Below, in pieces: positions 12,501-26,970 of a DNA stretch of 64,000 bases. Each line of letters begins with the position of its first letter. The first letter of the stretch is position 1. Source of the stretch: Phoronis australis (lineage: Eukaryota > Animalia > Phoronida); assembly GCA_002633005.1 (NCBI GenBank), contig NMRA01000370.1:1-64000 (forward strand). Reading direction: 5' to 3'. The notes below the pieces were generated by a model. It did no database searches and was not told where the DNA came from. It saw only the letters and a list, made by a program, of their open reading frames with translations. The position numbers and the translations under genes are program-made.

Positions 12501-15500
12501 ATTTGCAATAATGTTAGAAGCTTTTAAAAATGAAAAGGAGTCGATTTTGGCAATTTCTTTGTTCAAAATAGGTGAGATTTACTCTACAACACTTTCCAGC
12601 TGATGGACAGAATTTCCTAGGAAGCGTCTTGACCTTGAAAATATATTTTCTGAGAAATAGTACTTTGCTGATAGGCAGTGTTAAAGTCTCACTGAGAGAG
12701 TCATAATTAACAAAATCGCCCCATTTCATTTTGCGATTGCGAATGTCTGCAATTTTTCAAACTCTTGTTTAGGGGGTTGCTATTGTCCAGAATTTGAACA
12801 TTGTTATGGCATTATTGCTAGTGCTATCAATTGTGGAGAAATGCGGAAAAAATTCACTCGTCGGCCATATGGTGTCCAAAATTGATGAGAGTCCACCGTA
12901 GTTGCACGGGATGTTACCCCACGAATGTCTCCATGTTGGTGATATGGTTTTTTGTTCAGATCTGTTGAGATAGTACAAAGTGGACTCTTTGTTCACTCTC
13001 AATTTCCCAGTGTTAATTTTCTATTAGTTATCTTTTGTTACTGCAATCATGTCACCATGGTTACGGAATAGAGGGGAGTATCTGGATGGGGTAATGGGAT
13101 TGATGACTTTGTTTTTATTTATTGTGTTGTTATGACCTTCTCACTTCAAAATTACTAATGATGCTTCATACCTGTACTTCCATGTTTTTGTGTGGCGTGA
13201 CAAACTAATTTAAGATGTGAAAAATTCAAGGTTCAAATTCCAGATGTTTTTACATTAGGATAACATTGTGGCGCAATAAAAACATGTTTGCATATGTGCA
13301 TGGGGTGGTGTTTATCTATTTATACTGGTTTATTGCATGTGAACTGCTCATTCTCCATCTTCCTCTGTCAGCGTCGCACTTTTGCTTGCGTAACCGCACA
13401 CGACACTCGTCTGCTTGCAGATCCAACGAGCCAGCATTATCGTTCCAGGAGGTCACCGGCACAAGGTTGATACTAACTCCATCTGTTGATCTTCCCTTTT
13501 CTCATTAATTCATCGTTTATGTTGTTTTACTTTCTTCAGCATGCCTTTGAATGATTTTTGTGTTCAGGCTTTGTGAACAACTTATGCCATATACCAGAAA
13601 ACATTACCGACCTTCCCTTGAGACCATTATTATGGTGAACAGACTACCTAACCCCAGTTGACAATACACTGGCTGGTTCGAGCACAAATAGCCTTAGTGA
13701 ATTTGTTATCTGATATTCTACTAGTGATTTATTTGTACCTAATTGTGCTGTAATTTGTGTGCTGGGGAACATGTCCCTTGTTTAACTATCTTGTCAAGTC
13801 TGTTTTCTGGTCCATGATCTAAGTCCTTTAAGCCTGTGGTGTCCATTGTTTTTATGGTAAACAGTCTTTAATTTCTGACTGTTTTTTTAAAGTTCAGTTT
13901 TCATATCATTTATTTTCAAGTTCAACAAGTATATTTAAGTCTTTACAAAAAAGTTAACACTGTCTGAAACCAGGCCTTTATCCAGGATTTTGAAAATAGG
14001 GTGTCCAAAATGGGTTCCCAATATTCCAGGGCGTCCATGATTCCGACGCGTAACCCACCCCACCCCCAGCAATACCCCCAAACACACAGATTTTTTTACA
14101 AAAAATGCGTAGATCAAGGTTTTTACATCTAAGTTTATAAAACAGCCTTCTATGGTGAGCATTTTTACTTAAAAAACTGTGTAGACCAAGACATTTACAA
14201 TGCTGTCAATCAAGTGTCAAAATAGCAACAATGCATATACTTTGTATATACACTGTATATTTCTCCCTGCTTTGAAAAAAGAGCCCCCACTGTGAGCCTT
14301 CAGAGGCTTCCTTGTATTCATTACAATGTGTGAGTCCAAACTTGAAAGGTCCTATTGACAGTGAGTGTCCAAATGATACATTAGGTGTCCTTGCCAGGGT
14401 GTCCAGATTAGTGTTAGGGCCTCCATTTGGTGTCCTTGCCAGAACCTACGCTGCATAAAGGCCTGTCTGAAACTTAGAAAATGCTCTCTGTTAAAAATCG
14501 AACATTTGAAATTGAGGAGAACGTTCGCGATCCTCAGGACTTTTGCCATGGGTCTCTGGTGTTAGAATATTTTGTTACCTTATCCTTTCATGTATAAGCC
14601 CACCCTGAGTAAAACCCCACTCTTGTGTTATCCTGGTAAAGAAACACCAATTCTGTACAAGTAAAAGCCCGATGTGATATTGAAATCATTGACTGCCGTG
14701 GAGTTGTACAATTGTCTTCGCTCTTGAAGCACACAGTAGTTTTTTCATGTTGTATATCTGTTGTCGCGCAGTGCAATTTTTTCCTAGACATGTTCTTTCC
14801 TCACGAATCACGGGTATACACTGTGGACAGTTTGAGACTTTGCAGACGACCATGCCTCAATGAAAGGAATTGCTGTCCTTGAAGAAAGCTAAAATCTTTG
14901 GAGCAGAATTTTGTAATTTATGAGAAAATGGACGGTTTTTGAGAAAAGAAATCTGTTCATGAAATTTTAAGTTCAAACTGGATCAATCAAAATCATGCAT
15001 CCAAGATCATCATAGGATTGTGTGTGTGCGTGTGCTTTAGATAAAATGTAGGGAAATTCATGAATTCAGGACTACTATAAGCATTAACCATAGATGGCAC
15101 AAAAGGTTGCGGGCTTTGGGAAGAGCTTCATGGATTGTGCACTGCTGAGGAGGGATGTGTGTGCACCACTCACTATGAAAATTGCGCTACTGCGACCTAA
15201 ACAGACTCAGATTGAGGAAGAAAGATTACTGTAACTACCCTCTATAATTAAGTCTGCGACCCATGGTATTGTTTAGTAGGATATCCTCGTGAGGCTAATA
15301 TCCTCAATTTTTATGTCGATCCTCCTGTCACAAATCTCTAAGTAGTCCATGTACATTAAACTGACTCATCAATTTCATTGGATGGCTGGAATAACACAGG
15401 GGAAGTAATTATGCTGCATACATCCTTAATTTTTGTGGTTACACGGTTAATAACATTTCCTATTCAATTTCACACTGTGACATTTTCAGCCATATTCATT

Positions 15501-18500
15501 CTGGTTTAATTTACCACCACTATCAGCCTTGCAAACATGCCATCAGATAGTACATACACACATTTTTCCGTTCTATGTTTCATCAGGCAATGTTTGGAGT
15601 CCATTCGCAGTATTGTTGGAAGTTTTTGAAAATGAGCAACTGTCTACCATGGCAATAATTTTGTTCGAAGTTGGTGATGTTTTACCATCATGTTCGGATT
15701 TTCTGATCCTGAATCTGAGGATACGGTATTCTCCACTTATTTTGCACAAAAATAATTGCTAAATAACGGTAATCATTTTTTGGTTTTCCGTAGCTGATTA
15801 CTTTACTGCATGTAATGGAAAATATGCCAGAAGTTGTTTATAACATCTACTCAGGACAAACCAGTGACTAGTAATGAACTGAAATTTCCTTAATCCCCTT
15901 ATTTTTGTGGAGATAGTACACAAAATAGAATTCCGCTTGTCAGTGATATTGCCTGAAGAATGACTCTAGGTATCTCCAGGTTCCAACCACCACTAATTTT
16001 CCCTATGGCTTGTGCTTATTGTCCTCTTATGTAGAAGAAACAATGTGATCACCATCCATGTCTATTTTGTGTATTGCATTTTATGTCATTCACTGAGCTG
16101 GAGGAATTTCCAGCACCCATTGTTGTCTCTGTACCTGGCCTCAGGCTGTGAAGGCCTTCCTTTGTGGGGTGTCACCTTTAACCTAGTTTATAACCTGGTT
16201 TGTCCAGTAGCATACTTGTCTCATTACCCCACCTGTCCAAGTTAAACGTGTAAGTAGATTTTACTCGTAGATTGATTTGCTATCCAGTTAAATCTCTTGG
16301 TTAACTTTTTGTGAATTCACTCAGGTGTGTGTTACGAGTTTAGGAAAGACTAGAAGTTTTATCCTATTGGTGTTGTAGGTTTTCACAGGTGGATTTGTGC
16401 TCTGTGGTGATATGTCGTTGTTGTGTGATAAAAGTTATAAAGTATACATTAGCTACACTGAAGTCATACATCAATCCATACTATCTCATATTTGTTATTA
16501 ATGTGTAGGATGACAGATTGCTCAAGTATTTTCTGTTTGTCTAGAGTTCTAATGTGTATAAAACTAGAGATCTTATGATAATCTCTTGTGTGGTGGCCCA
16601 ATACACATCAACATGGGTCCCAGACAACATCCACACCACTCCAGAGATCAGCCAAAGCTGCGGATTTGTGATTAGGCAAAACATGTCCCAATATTGCTTT
16701 CCAACAGTTAAGGTTATATAGGATCTCATCGACATGTCTGTACATTTAGCCAAAGTTCTACAAAATTATAGATTTTAATCCAGTAAAACTGTTATATTTT
16801 CTGAAGCTGGAAATCCTGAAGAATTTGGTGATTGGCTTTAAAATTTAAACAGTCTGTCATTCATTGGGTCACCCGACCATGTCTTTTTCGTAAAATTTAT
16901 CAAATATTGATTTTTTTTATGAAAATAACAAAGGCCCTCTTTTTAATAGACCCTCGTGCAAAAATGGAACATTTTGAAAACCATTCTTTACACCTTTTCA
17001 GAAAACAACACATAAAACATAGTATGTAACTGTTTAGTATGAATCCCATCAGCCATTTCTGAGAAATGATATTCCAAATTTAGCCAAATTTGGATATTTT
17101 TCTAGGGTCCTACATGACCTTGAACATCACAACTTAGATAGACACCCTAAAAATTGTGTTCTTATAACATTTTTTATCGAAAAAAGCTAGAGTTTCCGCA
17201 GTGAGAGTGATAGTGTATTAAGGAGGCTTGTGTTTGAACTAAGATTTGAAGTATTGGCTTTGTTTGAAGAACCTGTTGATGCCTGTTATGTAATAGGTGC
17301 TGAGAGAACTGTTTTGTAATAGGTGCTGAGAGAACAGCTTTCAGCCTCTGAGAACTGTGATACTGACAATTTTCAACAGACCTCCAGAGATCACTCACGT
17401 TGACAAGATGCCCGCAGGCAGGCGTGTACCAAAAATTGCTGATAGACACCTATTGCAGGTGCCAGGTCTGCTCGGCCCAATCTCATTCATGTGTGGTAAA
17501 GTTTTCTGCCTCATCTCTACGACTGGAAATTTAGGGGCCTATTAGACCCGCGCGGGGTCCTGCAAAACCTGCTGAAAAAGGACCGCCTCGATACCCATAA
17601 TTTTTGGTAATCACCTGCGGGCACCTTGTATATATGAGTGACCTTCCAGGTTACTGACAGGTGGACCCAAAGTTTCGAGTTGTGGCAATACTAAATTGCA
17701 AACTAATGTTCTACTTCCTTAGCAGAGTTTTTCTGACACAAACTCCAGAAAGTTTCAAAAAAGAAGTTTACGGAATTATGTATTTGTATGAATGATACGT
17801 AGTTTATTATTATACCTTGAGTCCATTAATGTGATGGTTTAACAAATTGTTCTGAATGAAATCTTAATTTCACAAGCATGTATTTGCTTATATTTTTGTA
17901 CTTTAAGCAGAAACAAGTAGAGGTTTTTATGTTTAAATAAACTTCAATGAACAGTTAAAGGCATTTCTGTGTTTCTTTGAAATTCAAAAGCAGTTGCACT
18001 TTACCCTAGCTTCTTATCGAACCTTGATTACTGTCAGCTTATCATGGCCCCACTCAAGCAGTTAAGTTTTTTCGAAATGCTGTGTAAAGGTCAATTCTTC
18101 TTTTTAAAGCTGTTACCCTCCCCTCTTATCGCAATATGTAAAAAGCATGGATATTTAAAAATGCATGGTAGTCACAGTTCTAGACTACAACGGACCTTGT
18201 TAAAATGTTCTGTCGTTTTCAGTTGTATAACTTCTATGCTTTTACAGTTAAAAGTTCTCCAGTTTGGGACAGTGAAAATTGATTATTTTGCTCAAGGTTA
18301 GAGCCTGTGCCAAATTTTAGAAATAGGCAACAATGGCTGTCCCAAATACAAAAATTATGATCAACCACGCGTGATCATTCACCATAATGCTCGACATTTG
18401 AGAAATATGATGCCAAAATTGACCCAATCTTCAGAATCAAGAAAATTCAATTTTGGACTGAATTTCAGTGTCCCAAATTTTAGAGCCAGTTTCAAACAGG

Positions 18501-21500
18501 AGGGTTCATAATAATTATTAGTGTTGCAGAATTTTTCTATTTTCCACAGAATTTGGCGGACAAGTGATAGTTTACTTTGTAAAATTTCTGTACAAATATA
18601 AAATGTAAGAAGGTGTTGAATTTATTGCATTGGTATCATTATCTCACTGATTTCCAAATTTCCCTGGTGCTCCTGACCAGTGACTCACTCATAACTGCTG
18701 TTTATGATTCAGAGTTAAATTGCTGTTATAGTATAGTATAGTATAGTATAGCATAGCATAGCATAGCATAGCATAGCATAGCATAGCATAGCATAGCATA
18801 GTATAGTATAGTGTATGGGTGTGTATTCCATACTTTCATGATATCTTATCAATATGTGTTTTTCTCATCTTGTCATGTGTTTGGTTTTCCATTATTTTAT
18901 TGTTCATTATTTTATTATTTATGCTTTTTTGTTATTATTCACAGTTGGTGATGTTAGCCTTTAGCTAGAGTTTGTCGTTTTTTTGTCAAATTGACTATAA
19001 ATAAAGAGATTGATTGATTGTTATTGTGGAGAAATGGGTCTGCAATGAAGTTTACTGTATCTTACTCTGACTTTGCAATGAAACTACCAACAGCATAAGA
19101 AATGACATATAGTGTTTTCATAAGTCCACAAACATGCAGCAGATTTAGGGTACTTAGTTTGGGACTGTTTCGTGCAACTGGACAGTGGAACCCTCTAGTT
19201 GAAGACCTTGCTCCGTTCGACACACTTAAAATTCAGATCTGAGTGTGTTGAAATCTTATCTCAAGGATGAGTACAGTAAGTAGAGAGGTTACCTGTGATA
19301 TGGAACGATCATGTAGGACCCTAGAAAAATGCCTAAATTTGACTGAATTCAAAACTTCATATCTCAGACATGGCTGCTGATCAAATTGATGCGAAACTTT
19401 CAGATACTATGCTTTAAGCTGTGTTTATCAAAATGCTGTTAGGAATGAATTGTAAAATGTTCCACTTTTCCACAAGGGGCTATCAAAAATTATAGGACTT
19501 TTACAATTTCCGTGAAAAAATCATAAGTTGCATAAACGAAAACGAAACGATAACCTCGAATAGTGTAACGGCGTTTCTGAGGTTTTGTCTTATCTTGAAC
19601 ATTTATATCAAATAAAATTTTTGTCATCGTATCGATACCATTGTTTTGCTATCAATGTACCTTTCTTTTTGTGAGAATTTATCAGAAAATGGTTATGTGA
19701 CTCAATTAATGGTAGATTGCTAAAAAGTCAAAAATCAAAATCTACTGGCTTTCTACTTTCACAAAATAGTATATATTTTTACTGGCTTAAAATCGGTGGT
19801 TTTGTAGATATTTGTTTAAATAAACAGACTTGTTAATAAGGTCCTTACATAACCTTGAAGTTTCAACTCAAAGCTCCAATGTAATGCATTTCATAACTAA
19901 TAAGTTATTTGAGTGTTAATGTATTTGGTACTGATGGCATGTTGAAATGTTGTTATTAGTTATAACGAAAATGGCATGGTAATGTTGCAGGCACTCCTCA
20001 TAATCGTAGCATGACATACCCCTCCACAAATAACAACAGCAATAGGAGAATCTCGATCCCGCCAGATTACGATGTTGAGGACGACAGTGAGGCTGACAAC
20101 AGTTCCAATCTAAACGCGCTCTTGGTGCCAAATATTGTCTCATACGACCAGTGGAAGAACATCAACCAAGTGGTCGAGCACAGGGGTATGTCGCCATGGT
20201 GACGTTCGGCATGGAAATAACTAGCATGTTGGCATGCTGATAACCTCCCTGGTCACCGTCTCTACTAATCATAATTTATTCTTCACATTGTAGGTGTGTT
20301 TGTGTTTGTGTTAGCTGTATTCACTCTTCTTCACATACTAACTGGTTTTAGTTGGCATTCAAGCAGTTTCATAGTATTTGACAAAGTCAGTTTTCTATTT
20401 GGGCGAGCAATTGCAGGGCTGTGTCATCTACAGAGAAAGTTTCTCAAGGGTTTGATCAGGTCACGCAACACTACGCAAAATCACACGAGCGAAAGGCGAA
20501 CGTTTAGCGAGTAACCTCGGCACCTTACTTGCGTAAAATAGCAAAATGCCAAACGTGTGATTGGACGCCGAGGAGGAAATGTTGAATTATGGGATGGAAA
20601 TCACCGTTTCCATAAGCAAAACTTTCTCCCCACAAATCCCTTACGAGTGTCTTGCCATGTTTTTGTAACACACCACAATATTAGTCCCTGCTCCCTACAC
20701 CTGTTAGTCACATGGTGTAACAATCTTGTCAAATTATTTTCACCTGGTTTCTATCACTAAAATGTCCCAAGTAAGCTTACCACAATTTGACACTGAGGCT
20801 AGTGCCCTGGTTGGTGAAATAAAAATCCAAATAAAAGTGCTCAAACGGAGAAGAATGTGGCAAAGTTACCTTTTTTTCGCAGTTGAATTGGCTATGTATT
20901 ACTTTTTCCTATTCATAATTTACTATCATCCATGTGTAAATCACGAGGTCAGTAACTGAGAAATTTACTTCAGTGTGGACAAACACGGAATCCAATTATT
21001 TGTAAACCGAAAAATAACGACTGTTGCCTTCTTTAAAGACAACTCGTACTAATCTGGCAAATTTCAATTCTGATTATATGTCTACACACCCAATGAACAC
21101 CTGGTCTTGTGATTTTACTACTTTTAAAATTCATTTAATTGTAGAGTGCAGGTGCTTTTATGCTTCATCTCAACCTACTAATATATTAAATTAAGTAGCA
21201 TACGGTAGGTTTAGTTGTGGGAGTTTTTAATTTATTTTTAAAATACAAAACAGACAGTTGACTGAGACTTGCCCTCTGTGAAGCTGTTTAAATGTCTTTT
21301 TCAGGTATGGGTTTTTCTGTTTGTTTTCTAACATTTTTGCACCATTGCCATGTTAATGTTTTGTTCACCGACACTGAGTTTTTTATTTGTTACAAACCTG
21401 CATATCCTGTGATATTAACCATTTTGAAATCTGCAGTTATAATGATCCAATTTAAAACTCAATATAAAAGACAAGGGAGTGGAATACTATTGTGTCGCAA

Positions 21501-24346
21501 TTAAACAAGAATGAAATTAATTTTTTCTATCATGGTGAGTGACCTACAGCTGTTTTTAAATTGACAGGTGTTGAAATTTTGTTTTTAGCAAAATGTGGCG
21601 AGACAAAAAACTGGTAAAATGGAACTTTAATTGGAATTTTTGTCATTAAATTGAAGAGATTATACCATAAACTTTGTGTTGGTGTTTTTGTTCAGGTAAT
21701 TCACTGCTCTACGAAACTAGTATGTCTTTCATCCTGTTTCGTAACTCGAAACTTTGTTGAAATTGAATTTTGGATGATTTCATCTGCAACACTTTTCAGT
21801 GTCTCTCTGTTGTTTTTCGGTTGAAATGTGGGATATTGTTGGCTTGTGAATATTTGGTGACATCAAAGATTACTTAGTGACATGCAATGACATCAAAGAT
21901 TACTTAGTGACATGCAATGACATCAAAGATTACTTAGTGACATGCAATATGTCCGAATACAACGCTTGTCACATGATCGAACGGGAATTGAAAGCACGGA
22001 TCACTGCGACATGGCTTTCAGTCTGAGTATGACTAAACAGCCATGAAACAAAAATAAAAGTCGAAAATGTGCCTCAAAATGCATCGAATTAATTCACAAA
22101 TTTATTAGCAAATCTTTTGCATGAAAAATTCCTGAGGCACGTGTCATCCGATCATACGAAGTTAAATCTCATCACTTAATTTAAGCATCTTAATCGTTGT
22201 TGTGTAGGCAACTAACCAAAGTTTTCTCATGATGGCGGCTATGAAAGTTTGATTTTTTGTTCAAGACTGTTTCATTCTTTGGGTGCGCACATGCGTTTGT
22301 GTGGTCTGTTGTCTCGGTTATGAGCGCGTACCTATTTATTTACAGACAAGTCTTACCCGGATATACCTGAGCCCGACTACCAAGAGGACTCACCTGTACT
22401 AATGAGGGATGCCAAAAAATCCTATAAACACAATAACCCATGTCTGGAGTCGCGAGAACGGCAGGAATTGCACAAAGAACTGCTGATGAATTCAAAGCTG
22501 TAAGTATTGTACAGGCTGAAAGTATTCACACAAAATGACCTGGAATTCCCCATAACGACAGCTGGGCAGAAGCCATTTTTACCGTCGAGAGTTAAGCCTT
22601 CACTCCTTATCGAAAATAAAGGGGATCGAATTTACAGGAAAATTAGTGAGGTGTCTAAGTTATTTTGTGATTAGAATTTTGACGCCGTTACGATCATCTT
22701 TGCTGTTAACAGAATTGGTCATCATGATGGGGAAATTGTATGTATTTACATTGAGCAACGCCCGAATGCTGGAGAATTAATCCATGATGACTCGTCTCCG
22801 CTATTTTTCAAAAACGAGTAGAAGAAAACGAAGAATGCATTGATAACAGTTGGTGAGTGTAAGACCTCCAGTCACTTATGACGGAGTAATAAGTGATTCA
22901 TACGTTTGTTGTCTGATGATTTTAGCAGGCTGCAAATCGAACCAATTCAGCGCTATTTACAGGGGTGTGAACGTCCTCCATCAGAAGACTGAACTACGCA
23001 AAGCCATGGAAAAGAGGAAAGACTCGTTGAAAGCGAAGGAGATGGAACAGCAGCGTAAAGATAACCGGACGAGTCTTGAAGTGAAGTTAGAGAACAGAGC
23101 CAACAGACTAAAAGCGGTGAGTTGTCCGAGTCTTGTTGTATGCGTATGTGCATACTTTGTATGCATGTGTGCAGAATTAGTACACTATGTGCACCATTTG
23201 TATGCGCTTGTGCAGTATTCGCACTGAACCTCTATAAAGTGCCTTTCACACCAATTTAACTCGACTGGCACAAGAAAAGTGCGAAGTTAGTTGAACTTTC
23301 ACGCTGGATTTGCTAGTTTACAGATACCGAAGCCATCGCTTGTTAATGTTCGTATCGGCAAAGTTTTTGCAAGAATTGCTGCTAAACGTCAAGCACGTGT
23401 CACGATGGTCTTAAAACACAAGTCCCATTTTTTCAGGGATTGTTTTTCGTCACTTATTGAGTATCTGTTGGCACATTCGCATGAGTGTTATCCTACCCAT
23501 GTCATTACAAAAGACCATTGTTATCCTACCCATGTCATTACAAAAGACCATTGTTATCCTACCCATGTCATTACAAAAGACCATTGTTATCCTACCCATG
23601 TCATTACAAAAGACCATTGTTATCCTACCCATGTCATTACAAAAGACCATTTTGTCTAACATCTGGTTTCCTTTTCACTTTTTGTAATATTTTGTTTTAA
23701 GTTATTGTACTCTTCAACAGTCGAGATATCTTTGTTATTTTAACTTCACTTTTTATCTATTTGATTTGTGTGCAATTTTCGTTTTATTTCTGTAGTTTGC
23801 ATTGTTTTAGGAGTACTGTTCTAAAAGGACACTAAACCCTGTTTTGCGATTTCGACCAATCCTCGTGTCACCTACGAATGCGTCATCGGCGTCAGTCTTC
23901 CATGTTAGAGACGGAAAGCAATTAAAAACTCATACTGCCTATGTCACAGGCTGGTCTTTGGTGTGTGGTCTTTTCTGACAGTTGCTGTGTACCTTGCTAA
24001 AAGCATACTGGTTTTGCAGACTTCGAAAAGATTGACTTCTCAAATTTTCCACCAAATGGGTTGTCGAGGGTTAAAGAGCATTATTTTGTTTCAAAGAAGA
24101 GAACTGGATGGGAGAATCGTTTTTAGTATTTGTTAATAGGCGAAAACCGGGTTTGGTATCCTTTTAAGCAATGTTGCATTTAATGTTAACCTAATACTGC
24201 CGGTGACCTCTGATGCCATACTTGATGACCGTGTATTTTTACTTCAGCAAGAAGAAGCTGAGAAAACCATCGCTGAAGAGGAAGAGAATGCTCCAGAGTT
24301 CATTAAAGTTCATCGCAAAATACGAACTGCATCGTTTGAAAAGTAG
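9513..24346 (+). CDS. FAM107: FAM107-family protein (DRR1/HITS-like), spliced
   Basis: Confident GT-AG exons 22346-22499, 22963-23116 and 24248-24346 (TAG) encode ...IPEPDYQEDSP...NPCLESRERQELHKELLMNSKLGVNVLHQKTELRKAMEKRK...RTSLEVKLENRANRLKAQEE...EEENAPEFIKVHRKIR. This matches the FAM107 EPDY / NP..S...Q.LH.ELLMN / PEF.KV signature. Phase-compatible upstream exons 9513-9551 (ATG), 12261-12327, 13421-13465 (weak donor) and 19991-20185 are inferred with lower confidence (~250 aa total). Confidence 0.8.
11620..12180 (+). repeat. Degenerate dispersed repeat; related copies at ~19310-19800 and ~16800-17110 (reverse)
   Basis: Shared blocks such as CCCTAGAAAA...AAATTTG...CATATCTCA, AAAATGTTCCACT and AAGTCAAAAAT; boundaries approximate. 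Confidence 0.5.
13971..14465. mobile_element. hAT-type non-autonomous DNA transposon
   Basis: TIRs CAGGCCTTTATCCAG / CTGCATAAAGGCCTG with a perfect 8-bp TSD TCTGAAAC at 13963-13970 and 14466-14473. Confidence 0.85.
18727..18811. repeat. Compound pentanucleotide microsatellite (TATAG)n(CATAG)n
   Basis: Directly visible. Confidence 0.95.
21858..21947. repeat. 30-bp tandem repeat x3
   Basis: Unit TGACATCAAAGATTACTTAGTGACATGCAA, three identical head-to-tail copies. Confidence 0.95.
23486..23650. repeat. 33-bp minisatellite x5 in the last FAM107 intron
   Basis: Unit TGTTATCCTACCCATGTCATTACAAAAGACCAT, five identical copies with no spacers. Confidence 0.95.
23825..24163. mobile_element. Kolobok-like MITE, copy 2
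   Basis: Termini AAGGACACTAAACCCTGTTTT ... AAAACCGGGTTTGGTATCCTT; flanks CTAA/TTAA; homologous to 6935-7298. Confidence 0.6.
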
Positions 24347-26970
24347 ACTCTCAAATGGACAAACTGCCTGTTGTCATCGCATTGTGTGGATCATCAAAGC
24401 CGATGTTGGGATGTACGGTTCATTCAATAGAAAATCACATTCCTGTCTGTATCTGTGTTTTGAAGTAGACTGGTGACGTTTTAGATGAGTGTTGGTGCTA
24501 GCTGATATTTGCAGAAGAAATTCCAAAGTTTTGCAGCGGTGACATTCCGGTAACCTGGAAGCTAAAGTGTTCCGTAAAAACTTATGAACTTGATTTCTCT
24601 GGTGACAAACCTATGCACTCCGAGCGTTGCGTGTCCATGCACGTGCTAGCAACAGCCAATTAAAATCCTCAGGCAGGCGAGTTTCGTCATGAAATATGTG
24701 TGCAGCTGTACAACAGGACAGTCGGCCAGTCAGTTTACTCTGGTACTCTAATAACTGCTCTTCTGTAGCTGGTGCCTCAAAGATCTTCCAACAGATGTCA
24801 CTACTATATTCACAATTCTGATGCAGCTGAGAGAGCAGCTACATTTGTTTTCAACAAAGCTGAAGAGGAGTAATGTTTGAGTTTGAATACAATACTTCAT
24901 TAGTTAATTCAATTGTCGAATTAATTTGGCATTTGGCTCTCACGTCAGTAAGTGAATGTAAAACTGTCAGAGCGCAACTAAATATAATACAAGCTTTTCA
25001 AATTACAATTAAGTGTCACCTGAATTTTGGACAATTGCCAAAACTGACCATTCTCATGTTCAAGATCTCACATTGTGTGAGTGCCCAGACGTTTTCAAAA
25101 TTTTGGTTTTGGTAGACATTGTACAGAAATTGAACACAGTAAGGCATTGATTTGGTTCTGTTTATTGCATATGAAATTAGAGAAAATAAAAATTCTGCTA
25201 TATTGTGTCCTAATATGGTGAGATTTTATTAAAGCTAAATGTTTTGATTTAATTTGTTGTAATATTTAAAATGAGGGTGACCACTTTAGTGTAAGCACTG
25301 TTTTCTTCAGAAAAGACTGGCTGTAATTAAAGGTTATGTTATTTTTAAGTGTTAATAATACTCCAATTTAGTACCATTGCCCTTTAGCAGAATGCTTACT
25401 AATAGGATTTCCACTTGTTGCGAGGTTTTAAAACTCGCTTCATAGTGTGGATGGAATCAATTTGTTTCGTAGCGCATACTCTATTCATGTCTTCATTGCT
25501 GAGATTTTAGTCTCAAAGAGTAGAGTTCATACTGTCTCCTAAAATGAGATGCGGTCTCGATTCAAACCCTTGTTCTTTCTTCAGTGTGAAAAAGCCTTGC
25601 TTTGCTTGCCAAGAAACAGGTTTGAACATGGTATTTTTCCTGATGAATATTTCCCTCTGGCGCAGCAAGTTTATTAGGTGACATACGGTGTAGCGATCAC
25701 TGGAAAGAATCTCAAAGAGCATTGGATACACAAGATTTTAGAATTTGTGGAGAATCGTCACTAATGTTCTGTGATTTTCGGTTACTTTGCCAAAAATTAT
25801 TCCTAAAAATGCCATTTTCTATGACTTATTACATTGCTACATAATTCAACAGTTTGGTTGCTGCTAAAGTTCAAACCTTGATAATAATCGAGTTCTCAGT
25901 GTTAAGTTTTGGTTGAGAAATTGCCGAACTAAAATGTCACTTTTCCACTATAGGGAGTGCTACAGAATAGCTGCATACATATTCATCGTGTGACTTGCAA
26001 TTAAGTGCTGTTGCGGCAGCTCGAATTTAAAGAAAGTCTCATTATCAAGTAAGTCTTGGAGTCTTCTCTGGGTGACTGATAAGGAACTCCAGGTCACATG
26101 TTTACACGGGTCAGCTGGTACCTGGTGGATTTTAGTTCACAATACCAGGCGTTCACATGACCCAGGAGTTCCTGCATAGTGCTCAAGAAAAAGCCCAACA
26201 TGGACTTGTAAGAAGCTAAGCTCTGTCCATTGCTTCATAACTACTACTGTACCTGTTGTGGGATTTTTAAGTTATACCAGAGTCTATGTAGGCTTTTGTG
26301 CTTCAGTAATTTATAAGTTAAACAAGAAAATCAGTTTAGGGCGATTCTGCAGTTTTTGGCCCCTCCCCCTCCATGAAGCAAAAAATACTGCAGAATTTAT
26401 TTCTAGCAATTTCTACGAAGAGGGAGACTGTTTTGTCATCACCACGAGACAAAATTTTGTAGTCAAGTAGACAAGCAAATTGACTGGATACTCGATTACC
26501 CTACATTACTCTTGTAATGGAAGGTACAAATACTACGGAATCGCCCTTTAAGTACCGAAGTGGAGCACGTAGACTGTCTCCAACATTTTTGACCAACTAC
26601 TCAAGATTCAACTAAAGGCGGCGCTTTTCTTGTTTAACCACCTATATGTTGAAATGTTCATGTTATGTTTATTGAAATGAAATGTTGTATATGTCCAGAT
26701 AGGTGTACTTAATTTGAGAATTACAAATGAATGAATGTCTACTTGTGATATGTTTATTGTTGATGGAGATGAAGAGGAAATATACCAAAGTTATTACAAT
26801 TATTGTTATTATTATCATTACTATTACTAACAGCAAGTTTTCCAATTTGGGCAATTATTTTGCTCAATGTCCGAGCGTATCCCAAATTCTAGAAATAGGC
26901 AATCTTGGTCCCAAACTCGAGAATCGCTGCACAGATGACAAAATTACCCAAACTGTACATTAAAAACATA

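Noticed and set aside
23486-23650. 33-bp repeats (and the 30-bp repeats at 21858) as a CRISPR array or repetitive ORFs
   Set aside because: Units are directly head-to-tail with no spacers, lie in eukaryotic introns, and there are no cas genes; the overlapping ORFs are repeat artefacts.
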